DNA of 64,000 nucleotides from Candidatus Hydrogenedentota bacterium (GTDB lineage: Bacteria; Hydrogenedentota; Hydrogenedentia; Hydrogenedentales; SLHB01). The translations under genes were made by a program, and so were the position numbers. This document shows, one piece after another, positions 41,177 through 50,315 of the stretch. Position 1 is the first letter of the stretch. Each line of letters opens with the position of its first letter. The stretch covers positions 43,534 to 107,533 of the forward strand of contig JADLGB010000006.1 in assembly GCA_020849535.1 (NCBI GenBank), in the 5' to 3' direction. Below the pieces are notes generated by a model. It had not been told where the DNA came from, ran no database searches, and saw only the letters and a program-made list of their open reading frames with translations.

Positions 41177-42949
41177 ATGGCTGATGAAAAAGGCCGTAAC
41201 CAACAGGGCGATTCCGAAGATAAGGATGACGCCTTCGGTACTGCTGATTCGGGGGACAGCGATTTCGGAGCCTTGACTGGCGGCGGCGGACTGGGGAACC
41301 TTCCTCCGCTGAGCGACTTCGAGTCTTCCTCCGGGGGAGGATTCGATAGTGGATTGCCGCCACTGAGTTCAATCGATTCGGACTCCGGCTCGGGCCGGGG
41401 CTCGATTGGCGGGCTCCCCCCCATTAGCGACATACCCATTGAAACACCGCTGCCGACGGGCGGGGCCATCAAGCCGCCACCCGCAAGCTACGGCAGCACG
41501 CCGGTGTTTGGTACTCCTTCTTCCGACAGCGGGCTCGACACACCGTCGGGCACCGGGTTCCAAGATCTTTCCGCCGATAGCGACTTCACTCCGGAGACGC
41601 CCGAAGTAGCGCCTCCGGGCCCTGAGTCCGACATTGACACCCCCCTATTCGACAGTGCGTTTGGAGGAACAGGCGGATTCAGTGCCGCCGCGGACACATC
41701 GGCGCCCACGCAGGCGATGGAGACACCCATGTTCGGAGCGGATCGCGGAGCAGGTTTTGATGCGGATGCGTTTGGAAGCGGCATGGGTAGCGGCGGCGGT
41801 TTCGCCCAAGGCACGCCCGTACCGGATTTCGGCCCTGATACGGCGGCCCCGACGGCGATGACCCCGCCCCCGGCCCCAATGGCAGCGCGTGGCGCGGCCA
41901 AAGGCGGCGGCGGTGGCGGCAAGGGCGCTCTTGTGGGGTTGGTCGCCGTCATCGTTGGTCTGGTTGGCGGTTTGTTCGCCGCACCCTATGTGCCGGGCAT
42001 TCCGAATCCTGCCAAAGATGAAGTCGCCACGTTAACCACCGAATTGAACCAAGTGAAGAAGCAGAGGGACGAACTCCTCAATGCGAACCCTACGGGCGAG
42101 CCAATGTCGGCCGTAGATATCCAGACTCTGGTCGACCAGAAGACGCAACTCACCGCCGAGATCACCGACCTGACCGGAAAGCGGGATGCGGCCAACAGCG
42201 AGTACACAACGGTTTCGACGGAACTTGAAGCGGCGAAGGCGGACCTGGAGGAGACCAACGCGGCGTTCGTGCAGGCAAATGACGAGTTCGACCGCCTGAA
42301 GAACGATCACGCCATCACGCAGGCGCGCCAGGAAGGGCTCCTTCAAGAGACGGCGCGCCTCGAAACGCTCAATGGAAAACTTGAGGACGCCAATCTCCGC
42401 CGGATGCAGACGAAGGAAACGCTGGCGAGCAACATTGAGCGCTTGGCGATTCTCGTCAACGAGAGCAGCCCCTTGGTTCCCGAGAAGTATTCCAAGGACA
42501 GCCGCATCGCGGCCGTGGAATCCCTCAAGGAACGCGCCGCGGGGATGAACTGGGTGGACCCGGTGCTCCTGGATGAGTACACGACGCTGTACCTTCAGGA
42601 ACTCGAGATTGCGCGCGCGCGCGAGTACTTCTTCGCGAAGCTTCCCGTGACGGATCGCTTCGGCACGACGACGATGGGCTGGGCGGAATGCGTGATGAAC
42701 GGCAACTGGGGCGTGCTGTACCGCACGTTGGATGGCAAGCACATCGGCATCTACCAGAATGTGGAAGCCAGCGGCACGCCGAAGTACGCGCTCATCGACA
42801 TTAAGGATGAGAACGCGGCGAGCAACATCGAAGCCCAGATCTTCGCATCCCGCACGCCGGGCTTCGAGGAGAAACTGGAGCAGCTCGCTCAGAAGCAGCT
42901 TGTGACCGACGAGCGGACTCCGCTGCAGCGGAATTTCGAGTCGCTGTAG
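41177..42949 (+). CDS. Hypothetical bitopic protein: acidic disordered N-terminus, TM, coiled coil, globular C-terminus
   Basis: GGAGGTG RBS. About 250 aa D/G/S/P/T-rich, one TM (ALVGLVAVIVGLVGGLFAA), long heptad region. Confidence 0.85.
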   Translation: MADEKGRNQQGDSEDKDDAFGTADSGDSDFGALTGGGGLGNLPPLSDFESSSGGGFDSGLPPLSSIDSDSGSGRGSIGGLPPISDIPIETPLPTGGAIKPPPASYGSTPVFGTPSSDSGLDTPSGTGFQDLSADSDFTPETPEVAPPGPESDIDTPLFDSAFGGTGGFSAAADTSAPTQAMETPMFGADRGAGFDADAFGSGMGSGGGFAQGTPVPDFGPDTAAPTAMTPPPAPMAARGAAKGGGGGGKGALVGLVAVIVGLVGGLFAAPYVPGIPNPAKDEVATLTTELNQVKKQRDELLNANPTGEPMSAVDIQTLVDQKTQLTAEITDLTGKRDAANSEYTTVSTELEAAKADLEETNAAFVQANDEFDRLKNDHAITQARQEGLLQETARLETLNGKLEDANLRRMQTKETLASNIERLAILVNESSPLVPEKYSKDSRIAAVESLKERAAGMNWVDPVLLDEYTTLYLQELEIARAREYFFAKLPVTDRFGTTTMGWAECVMNGNWGVLYRTLDGKHIGIYQNVEASGTPKYALIDIKDENAASNIEAQIFASRTPGFEEKLEQLAQKQLVTDERTPLQRNFESL

Positions 42950-42970
42950 GCGGCTGAGAGCAAGTATTCG

Positions 42971-43003
42971 GGCCGCCACCTCGTGTGAGGTGGCGGCCTT
43001 TTT
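42971..43003 (+). terminator. Intrinsic terminator
   Basis: GGCCGCCACCTC-GTGT-GAGGTGGCGGCC-TTTTT. Confidence 0.9.
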
Positions 43004-43104
43004 CATTGCTTGCGCGCTGCGCAAGAAGCATCGGATGGATGGGACGGATCGGTCGGATCGGACCGGTTCTTTCCTTGCAGGTGGTTGGCGCCTGGCCGGC
43101 GGGG

Positions 43105-44397
43105 TCACATCATATTTGAGACGACATGCACGGCGTGGCGGGGATTGCGGATGGCCCGCTTGATCATTTCGGGCCAGGTGTAGTTGCGGAACGCCTGGCG
43201 CGCGCTCAGCTTGAGGAAAAGCCGCTTCTGCAATTCCGGAGGCATGCTCTTGTTGCAGTTGAAGGTATCCGGATCGCCGGCCGTGAATTTGTCCCACGTG
43301 ATGCCGGACTCCAGGATTTCTTCGCGGAACTCATCAAACAGTGCGGTGCCCGGATAGGGCGTGAGGTAATGCAGGGACGCGAAGTCGATCTTCGCGTCGC
43401 GGATGAACCTACGGGTCAGCTCGACGTCTTCCACGGTTTCGCCGGGCGTGCCGATGATGAAACAGCCGCGCACGCGCAGGCCCGCCTCGTGGATGTTGCG
43501 GGCCGCCTCCATGTTCGCGTCGACGGTGGAGTGCTTGACCATGCGGTCCAGCATGCGCTGACTGCCGCTCTCAAAACCTATGGTGACCTGGACGCAGCCC
43601 GCCCGCTTCATCAGTTGGAGAACATCCGGGCGGATTCGGCGTGCGTGAATCTGGCACTCCCACTTGAGGTGGTGCAGGCCGCTCGCAATCATCGCTTCGC
43701 AGATTGCGCGAAAGCGATCGATGTCGGTGGCCATCAACTCGTCGAAGAAGGCGATGCTCTCGATGTGGTGGCGGTCGACGAGATAGCGAATCTCTTCCAC
43801 GACCCGCTCCGGGCTGTGAAAGCGGAGCTTTGTTTCGCGCTTGGAGTTGATGCAGTAATTGCACACGAAGGGACAACCGCGGCTGGTGATGATGCCGAGC
43901 GTCCGGTAGGAGTATCCCGCGATTTCCTCCCCCGCTTCCGCGTAAAGATCCAGGTTCAACTGGTCGCGGCGGGGCTCAGGAATGGCGTCCAACTCCGGGG
44001 GCACGCTCGGCTCGATGATACCTTCGAGCTTGCCTGAGCTGATCGCCTGTGGAAAAGACCATTCAGCCTCACCGCGTATTACGCAGTCCGCGTGCGCCAG
44101 GGCTTCCTCGGGCATGGCGGTCGGATGGGCGCCGCCCATGACCACGGTCAGGCCGCGCTCCTTCTTGATACGATCCGTGATCTCATACGCGCGCAGCGCA
44201 TACATAGTCATGAAGGAGATGCCCACGATGTCCGGGCGGAATTCGTCCAGGCCGGTCTCGACGTCCTGCCCCGCGATCTCGTCGATGATGCGCGTCTGGT
44301 GCCCGTCGCGTTGGAGGCACGCGGACAGATACGCAAGGCCGAGGTTTTCCTTCTTGAGCGATTTGGGCACGCTGGGGTTGATGAGGGCGATGCGCAT
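43105..44397 (-). CDS. B12-binding-domain radical SAM protein
   Basis: LGLAYL, GGAHPT, RGEAE, TSRGCPFVCNYC, GFESGS, TPYPGT. TAATG overlap. Confidence 0.92.
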   Translation of the reverse strand: MRIALINPSVPKSLKKENLGLAYLSACLQRDGHQTRIIDEIAGQDVETGLDEFRPDIVGISFMTMYALRAYEITDRIKKERGLTVVMGGAHPTAMPEEALAHADCVIRGEAEWSFPQAISSGKLEGIIEPSVPPELDAIPEPRRDQLNLDLYAEAGEEIAGYSYRTLGIITSRGCPFVCNYCINSKRETKLRFHSPERVVEEIRYLVDRHHIESIAFFDELMATDIDRFRAICEAMIASGLHHLKWECQIHARRIRPDVLQLMKRAGCVQVTIGFESGSQRMLDRMVKHSTVDANMEAARNIHEAGLRVRGCFIIGTPGETVEDVELTRRFIRDAKIDFASLHYLTPYPGTALFDEFREEILESGITWDKFTAGDPDTFNCNKSMPPELQKRLFLKLSARQAFRNYTWPEMIKRAIRNPRHAVHVVSNMM

Positions 44398-45803
44398 TAG
44401 TGTGCCCCCACCACTTTGAAGAAGCGCTTGGCGCTGTACTTGCCGAGACGAACCATGCCGCCGATGCCTTCGCGCCGGAATGCGTTGCCGAAGTGATGCA
44501 TCAGGGTTGCGGGGCGGTGTGTGAGCATATGCCACTGCCAGCGGCTCCAGGCCAGGTCGTACATCTCCGCGATGTCCTGCGCGGTGTAGTCGGGATACGA
44601 GACAACGGCTTCGCCCGCAGGGTCGAACTGCATCCAGCTTTCTTTTGTGAGCCAGCCGTTTTGCTTCGCGCGCTCGTAGAATTGCGTGCCGGGATACGGC
44701 GTGGCGATCGCGAACTGCAGCGTGTGTGTGTTCAAGCCGATGGCGAAATCGATGGTTCGCAATGCGCTCTCGCGCGTTTCACCGGGCAGACCCACCAGGA
44801 AGTTGGCGTGAGTCTGGATGCCGAACTCGCGGCAATCGCGCACGGTGCGCACGACATCTTCCGGCTTCTGGTCCTTCGGAATCTGGCGAAGCACCTCGGG
44901 GTCTCCGCTCTCCACGCCGAACTTGATCGCCCTGCATCCCGCCTCGGCCATGGCCGCCACGAGATCAGTTTCAATCACCGCATTGCCCATGCAACTGAAC
45001 GGAATGCCGAAGCCGCGCGACTTGATCTCGTCGCACAACGCGAGAAGGTGCTTGCGGTTGATAGTGATGGTGTCGTCGTCGAAGTAGAACTCGTCGGGAT
45101 GATAGCGGCGGATCAACGCTTCGATCTCGTCGCACACGTGTTTCGGATCGCGGCGGCGGTAGTTCCGCTTCCCCGCGAATGGCGCGATGGTGCAGAATCC
45201 GCACTCGAGCGGACAACCGCGAGAGGTCAACACGGTCACGGATCGCCCCTTGCAGAAGGGGTCGTTGTACTTCTCCATCGCCATCAATTCCCACGCGGGA
45301 TGCGGAATTGCGTCCAGGTCCCGCACGAGGGGAACGAACTCGGTGGCCGGGGTGTGTTGAGTCGCAAGCCAGGGCTTGGGTTCCAGCGTGACAGCCTCGC
45401 TGATAACTTGATCGTATTCGCCGTGAATGACGCCTGCGAAACCAGCATCGATATGCTCTTGCGGTGTGGCCGTGGCGTGGGCGCCGCCCGCGATCGTGGG
45501 CTTGCCGAGCGCGCGCATGGTGGCGAGGTCGTCGGCCCAGCTCGGCGCGCTGGTCTCCATGAAGACCACGTCCGGCTGAAAGTCGGAGGCAATGTCCTTC
45601 AACTCGTCGAGTGATACTCCGGAGGCAATGCAATCCACGAAGCGGACATCATGCCCATCGGCAAACAGGCGCGCCGCGGCATACCCCAGTTGGAATGGGA
45701 AAGGATGGTAATCAATGCCGACGGCCTTGGGCTTGCGCTTATGCGGCCAGCGTGAGCCTGCGCGGCAAAACGCTCCCGGCGGATTGAGGAGCAGGATCTT
45801 CAT
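44397..45803 (-). CDS. B12-binding-domain radical SAM protein (HpnJ-like N-terminus)
   Basis: LLNPP, AGSRWP, GGAHAT, SRGCPLECGFC, GVESG, TPYPGT. Confidence 0.92.
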   Translation of the reverse strand: MKILLLNPPGAFCRAGSRWPHKRKPKAVGIDYHPFPFQLGYAAARLFADGHDVRFVDCIASGVSLDELKDIASDFQPDVVFMETSAPSWADDLATMRALGKPTIAGGAHATATPQEHIDAGFAGVIHGEYDQVISEAVTLEPKPWLATQHTPATEFVPLVRDLDAIPHPAWELMAMEKYNDPFCKGRSVTVLTSRGCPLECGFCTIAPFAGKRNYRRRDPKHVCDEIEALIRRYHPDEFYFDDDTITINRKHLLALCDEIKSRGFGIPFSCMGNAVIETDLVAAMAEAGCRAIKFGVESGDPEVLRQIPKDQKPEDVVRTVRDCREFGIQTHANFLVGLPGETRESALRTIDFAIGLNTHTLQFAIATPYPGTQFYERAKQNGWLTKESWMQFDPAGEAVVSYPDYTAQDIAEMYDLAWSRWQWHMLTHRPATLMHHFGNAFRREGIGGMVRLGKYSAKRFFKVVGAH

Positions 45804-45900
45804 GCGCTCCCCTCCTCTCCAAGTCTTCTTTTGCTGTCCCGCACCTTGGGGCCGCCAACAAAACCCACAGATACATCAAAATAGCTATAGGGTCGCAAGG

Positions 45901-46028
45901 TCCCCCTTTGAAGGGGGATCAAGGGGAATGTTCTTCTCTTTTCAATCCCAAAGCCTGAGTGCGCACCTGGAGTCACGGCGCACTCACATCCCCCTCGACG
46001 CTTCGCGTCTGCCCCCTTCAAAGGGGGA
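45901..46028. repeat. Inverted TCCCCCTTTGAAGGGGGA hairpin element
   Basis: Arms at 45901-45928 and 45989-46028. A second element lies at 54388-54554. Confidence 0.8.
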
Positions 46029-46061
46029 AGCATTGCGCTTCGCGCTGAATGGGCAGATGGC

Positions 46062-47243
46062 CTAGATGAATTCAAACTGGGCATCGTGATCCACCATGGC
46101 TTCGTTCATGATCTGGTTGTATTTCACGAAGCGGCAGTCCAGGTTGTTGCACTCGTGCGGCTGGATGCCCTCGATCGCCTTCCAATGATCCTCGCTGTAC
46201 CAGAGGTCGCGCAGCGGCGTTTCAAAGCAGTTGCCGATCGTGTGCCGATCCTTGCGATGCCGGTAATAGCAGCAAAGATACACCTCGCCCATTGGATCGA
46301 CCGTAAGCTGCAATGGCGTCAACCAACAGTGCGTGGTCATGTTGATCTTCTCGGTGCCGCCCACGATGGCCATGCCCGGATAACGTTGGCGGAGTCCCGT
46401 CAACTCGCGGTTGACTGCATCGCCCTGCTCCGGGGAGAGTTCGGATGCGACAAGGCGGGCCGCCTTGAACTGGATCGAGTCCGCGCCCAGGCGGAGCGCG
46501 AGTTCCACGCAACCTTCCAGATCGTGCACGTTGTTGGCGTCCAGCACGACCTTGATGCTGATGCGCACGCGCGTCTTGCGCTCATTGCGCAGGGCAATCA
46601 TCGCAGCAATGTTCTCGCACACGGCCTCGAATCGCGCCTCCGGCGTGCGAGGGCGTTTGACCGCGTTGGCGGTCTCCGGTGTGGCGCCATCGAACCCCAC
46701 GCGGACGTAGCTGGCGCAATCTACGAGGGCCGACGCGAGTTCCCCTTTGAGCTTGGTGCCGTTTGTCAGGAGGCCGACGCTGGTGCCTTTCGCATTCATA
46801 TCGCGAATCAACTCGGCCAGGTCGGGATGCAGCGTCGGCTCGCCGCCGCCGCAGAATTCGACACCGCGCACGCCGAGGTCGCGCAAATCATCGATGAGCT
46901 TGAACAGCCGCTCGCGGGACATGACCCGCGTCAGGTTCTTGTTCGTGTTCTCCGCGTTGTATTCGCACCACAGGCAATCCTGATTGCACACGTAGGTTGG
47001 ATAAACGATGGCGGTGCGTGGCGCGGGCATTTTGCGATCGAGGATCTGTCGCGCTTCGTGCCAGTGCGTGAGGATGCGGGTCTGAAGCGTGTCGAACACT
47101 TCGAGCGATTCGCCCGCGTGCCCAGAGTCGGTCTGTGCGGCGTGACGCCCATTGCCCTTGGGACCAGCACTCTCGCCCACCGCATGCGCCGCCGCACCAC
47201 CCATCTTGCCTTTCCTATCCGTCATACGCGCTCTTAGCTCCAT
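46062..47243 (-). CDS. Radical SAM protein with SPASM/twitch domain
   Basis: CNQDCLWC, GGGEPTLHP, TNG, C-terminal CWLT...GEVYLCC...IGN...C...C. Start uncertain. Confidence 0.9.
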   Translation of the reverse strand: MELRARMTDRKGKMGGAAAHAVGESAGPKGNGRHAAQTDSGHAGESLEVFDTLQTRILTHWHEARQILDRKMPAPRTAIVYPTYVCNQDCLWCEYNAENTNKNLTRVMSRERLFKLIDDLRDLGVRGVEFCGGGEPTLHPDLAELIRDMNAKGTSVGLLTNGTKLKGELASALVDCASYVRVGFDGATPETANAVKRPRTPEARFEAVCENIAAMIALRNERKTRVRISIKVVLDANNVHDLEGCVELALRLGADSIQFKAARLVASELSPEQGDAVNRELTGLRQRYPGMAIVGGTEKINMTTHCWLTPLQLTVDPMGEVYLCCYYRHRKDRHTIGNCFETPLRDLWYSEDHWKAIEGIQPHECNNLDCRFVKYNQIMNEAMVDHDAQFEFI

Positions 47244-47832
47244 TGGGTGGCGGACCGGCGGGCATCACTTGAAGTTGTGCCACGGCGTCCGATTCGCCTG
47301 TCGGCCGCATCGTTCCGGATGACTCCATCGTGAGACGCATCCACATGTGCCGGTTGAAGTTCTTGGTTTGGGGTTTCCGGTAATTCTTGATCACGAACTT
47401 GAGGATGCGGATCTTCGACTCGCGCGTCAGGCGCACCCGGCCGTTGTCGGTGACGTATAACTCGATGAACTTGTCGTCATCGGTGACGCGGAACTTGCGC
47501 CGTATCTGCGCCTTGCCGCGCTGCGACATGGCGCTCAACACATGCGTTCCCTTGGGAAGGGTAAGCTGGTACTGCCCATCGTCACTGTCCTTACCCAAGT
47601 AGAATGACCGGCTGATCACGGGCTTGTCGTCCACAGCCACCTGGATATCCACGGGCGCTTCCGACTTTGCCTGGTCATCCACAAAAACCTTGAGGAATAC
47701 GTCTCCCTTTTTCGCGCCGGCTTTTCCCGAGGCGCCAACAATGGGCAATTCGCTTCGGGACTCGGTCGTTTCGCAGCCCGTCAGCAGAATCGCGAGCGCG
47801 AGCGAAGCCGCTATCAGCGGTGCGTAACGCAC
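47215..47832 (-). CDS. Lipoprotein, small beta-sandwich domain
   Basis: LTG|C lipobox. PVDIQVAVDDKPVI...LPKGTHVL. Confidence 0.78.
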   Translation of the reverse strand: MRYAPLIAASLALAILLTGCETTESRSELPIVGASGKAGAKKGDVFLKVFVDDQAKSEAPVDIQVAVDDKPVISRSFYLGKDSDDGQYQLTLPKGTHVLSAMSQRGKAQIRRKFRVTDDDKFIELYVTDNGRVRLTRESKIRILKFVIKNYRKPQTKNFNRHMWMRLTMESSGTMRPTGESDAVAQLQVMPAGPPPNGAKSAYDG

Positions 47833-48279
47833 TTACTGAATTCCTCCCCCGGGAGCCGCGTAGATGGGCTCATCCGACACCTTAAACGTCCAGCCGCCTT
47901 CGCCCGCTTTTGAGGACGGCGTGAAATACAGCGCGCCGAAGGTGCGCTCTTTCATCTCGAAACTGCGCTCGATCTCGGCGCTGCCCTTGTGCGTGACGGC
48001 CTTGAGCGTGTGCGTGCCGGGCGCAAGAGTGAACCGGAACTGATCGTCGTAATGCCCCTTCGAGCTGCTGAAGTTGCGGTCCACGGCGGGCCGCCCATCG
48101 ATCCACACCTTGACGTCCATGGGCACCACCGCGTAGCGGTAGCTATCCATGTACACGTGGAGATGGAAATTGCCATTGGGATCTTCGAGCGCGTCCGCGC
48201 CCTTGGAGGTCGCACAACCGAGCGTGGCGAGAAGCAGGAGGGAGCCGAGGGCAAGCCGAGCGATGTGTTTCCGGTACAT
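47833..48279 (-). CDS. Paralogous lipoprotein
   Basis: TLG|C. PMDVKVWIDGRPAV...LAPGTHTL. TGATG overlap with the upstream gene. Confidence 0.78.
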   Translation of the reverse strand: MYRKHIARLALGSLLLLATLGCATSKGADALEDPNGNFHLHVYMDSYRYAVVPMDVKVWIDGRPAVDRNFSSSKGHYDDQFRFTLAPGTHTLKAVTHKGSAEIERSFEMKERTFGALYFTPSSKAGEGGWTFKVSDEPIYAAPGGGIQ

Positions 48280-49739
48280 CAGTTGTTCCCCACGAAGCCT
48301 GTAAAGGCCCTTTCCTTGTTCCGAAAATAGCTGACGAAACTCTTCACCCCGTGAAGTTTTGCACGAAGGTCGGGCACATTCTGGATATTTCGGAGCATGC
48401 GCCACATCTGGCTTGGACGCAAGTAGAAGTCGCGCAGGCCGCGGTCGATGAACGCGTTGATCTGTTCCACGGTGAGTCCCGGCAACTCCTGCGTGGAGCG
48501 CTGCTCGAAGTTCTCATCCACCCAGTCGCGCCACGCCGTCTGCTTGAGGTACCCATTCTGCTTGGCCCAATTATAGTAGGCCGTGCCGGGATACGCGACC
48601 ACCGCCGTAAACTGGGCGGTATCGATGGGCAACCGCTTGGAAAGGTCGAGCGTCTTTTGCGCGGTTTCTTCCGTTTCGCCCGGACCGCCAAACATGAAGC
48701 ACCCGTGCACGCGGATACCGGCCTTCGCGGCGTTTTGCGCGAAGCGGTGCATCTGCGCGATGGTGGCGCCCTTCTTGACGTTGTTGAGGACCTGCTGGTC
48801 GCCGAACTCGAAACCGACGCACAACCAGCGGCACCCGGAGCGCTTCATCAACTTGAGGACCTCGAGGTCGTTGACGTCCACGCGCGCGTTCGCGCTCCAG
48901 GAAATGCCCACCTTGCGCCGGATCATCGCTTCGCACAACTCCACTAGGCGATCCTGCGAGCTGCGCATGGTCAAGGTGTCGTCTTCGAACATAATCTCTT
49001 TCAGATTCGGAAAGAGCTTGATGTCATATTCAATTTCATCGACGACGTTCTCGACGCTGCGGACGCGGTACTGGTGGCCGTTCATCACTTGGGGCAACTG
49101 GCAGAAGGTGCACTTCGCGCGGCAGCCGCGCCCACTGATCAGCGTCAGGAAGGGGAACAACTTCCCGAAATCGTGGTAGTCATAGATGTCGATGTGCTTC
49201 CACGCGGGAAACGCCAACTCGTCGAGGTTCTCGATGTAGGGCCGGTCCGCATTGCGCACAAAGGCGCCGCCATCCATCCACGCAATGCCTTGGCAGTCGC
49301 GTAGCGGAACGCCGTTGGCGAGATCGCGCAATGTGTAGTCATATTCAGCGATCGCCACGGCGTCCACAGCCCCGTCCGCGCGATTCAGCGTGTCCTCGGG
49401 CTCGGCGGTGACGTGCGGCCCGATCATGACATGGAGACCGCCAAGGCCCTCCTTGCACAGACGCGCCGATTCAATATCCGCGTCGATGGACGGTGTGGAC
49501 GCCTGATAGACGACCATGTCCGGCTTGAAGGTTTTGAGTTTCTCCAACGCGGCCGGCGTGGGCATGTTCTTGGCCTGCGCGTCGAGGAAGAAGATCTCGT
49601 GTCCGGCCGCTTCCACGACGCCCGCGGCGATGCAGAAGTAGTCGGGATGCCGCTGGACCCGCCCGCGCGACCGCGCGAACCAACGCGCCGACTTCGTGAA
49701 GTCCGTTCCGAACATGGGATTCAGAAAGGCTACGCGCAC
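48279..49739 (-). CDS. B12-binding-domain radical SAM protein (HpnJ-like)
   Basis: FLNP, ARWFARSR...HPDY, GPHVT, SGRGCRAKCTFC, GFEFG, YPGT. Confidence 0.92.
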   Translation of the reverse strand: MRVAFLNPMFGTDFTKSARWFARSRGRVQRHPDYFCIAAGVVEAAGHEIFFLDAQAKNMPTPAALEKLKTFKPDMVVYQASTPSIDADIESARLCKEGLGGLHVMIGPHVTAEPEDTLNRADGAVDAVAIAEYDYTLRDLANGVPLRDCQGIAWMDGGAFVRNADRPYIENLDELAFPAWKHIDIYDYHDFGKLFPFLTLISGRGCRAKCTFCQLPQVMNGHQYRVRSVENVVDEIEYDIKLFPNLKEIMFEDDTLTMRSSQDRLVELCEAMIRRKVGISWSANARVDVNDLEVLKLMKRSGCRWLCVGFEFGDQQVLNNVKKGATIAQMHRFAQNAAKAGIRVHGCFMFGGPGETEETAQKTLDLSKRLPIDTAQFTAVVAYPGTAYYNWAKQNGYLKQTAWRDWVDENFEQRSTQELPGLTVEQINAFIDRGLRDFYLRPSQMWRMLRNIQNVPDLRAKLHGVKSFVSYFRNKERAFTGFVGNN

Positions 49740-49790
49740 CGTGTTTCTCCTGTGCCGTTGTACAGCGCTCCGGATGCGAGACTCATCGGT

Positions 49791-50315
49791 CTACTGCTCC
49801 TTCCACAGGTTTCCGAGATACGCGGCACGGCCGGGAAAGCCCGCCTGGATCGCGGGCAACAGGGCCGGGCGCGTGTCGGGATAGAAGTGAAGGGATGGCA
49901 CTTCCCTCAAGGGTACAAAGCGGACTTCCTCAAGACGGTGATCGTTCCCACAGCGAAGCTCACCCGATAGGACCTCCGCGGTGAAGTAGAGGTTGATCAC
50001 GTGGCGTGAGCCATTGGGGTCGATGGTGTCGTTCGCCATGACCAGATCCTTGACCCGAATCTCCAGGTTTGCCTCTTCCATCAGTTCGCGGCGCAAGGCC
50101 GCTTCCATGGACTCGCCGAACTCGAGTCCGCCGCCCGGTAACAGCCAGTATGAGCGGTCCGCCTTGGAATGCCGCACCAACAAGAGCCGGTCATCCTCGA
50201 CGATGATCGCCGCCATCCGTACCCGCGGCATCGCGGCGGCCACCTTTTCGGGTATACCCGCGGGCGCCGTGGCCAGAACATCGATTTCACCGTTCGGCCT
50301 ATGCATGCTGCACAC
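49791..50315 (-). CDS. NUDIX hydrolase
   Basis: Nudix box PGGGLEFGESMEAALRRELMEEANL. Confidence 0.9.
   Translation of the reverse strand: MCSMHRPNGEIDVLATAPAGIPEKVAAAMPRVRMAAIIVEDDRLLLVRHSKADRSYWLLPGGGLEFGESMEAALRRELMEEANLEIRVKDLVMANDTIDPNGSRHVINLYFTAEVLSGELRCGNDHRLEEVRFVPLREVPSLHFYPDTRPALLPAIQAGFPGRAAYLGNLWKEQ

Noticed and set aside
43105..49739. RiPP cluster built on the radical SAM genes
   Set aside because: No short precursor peptide, RRE/PqqD domain, peptidase or exporter is visible.
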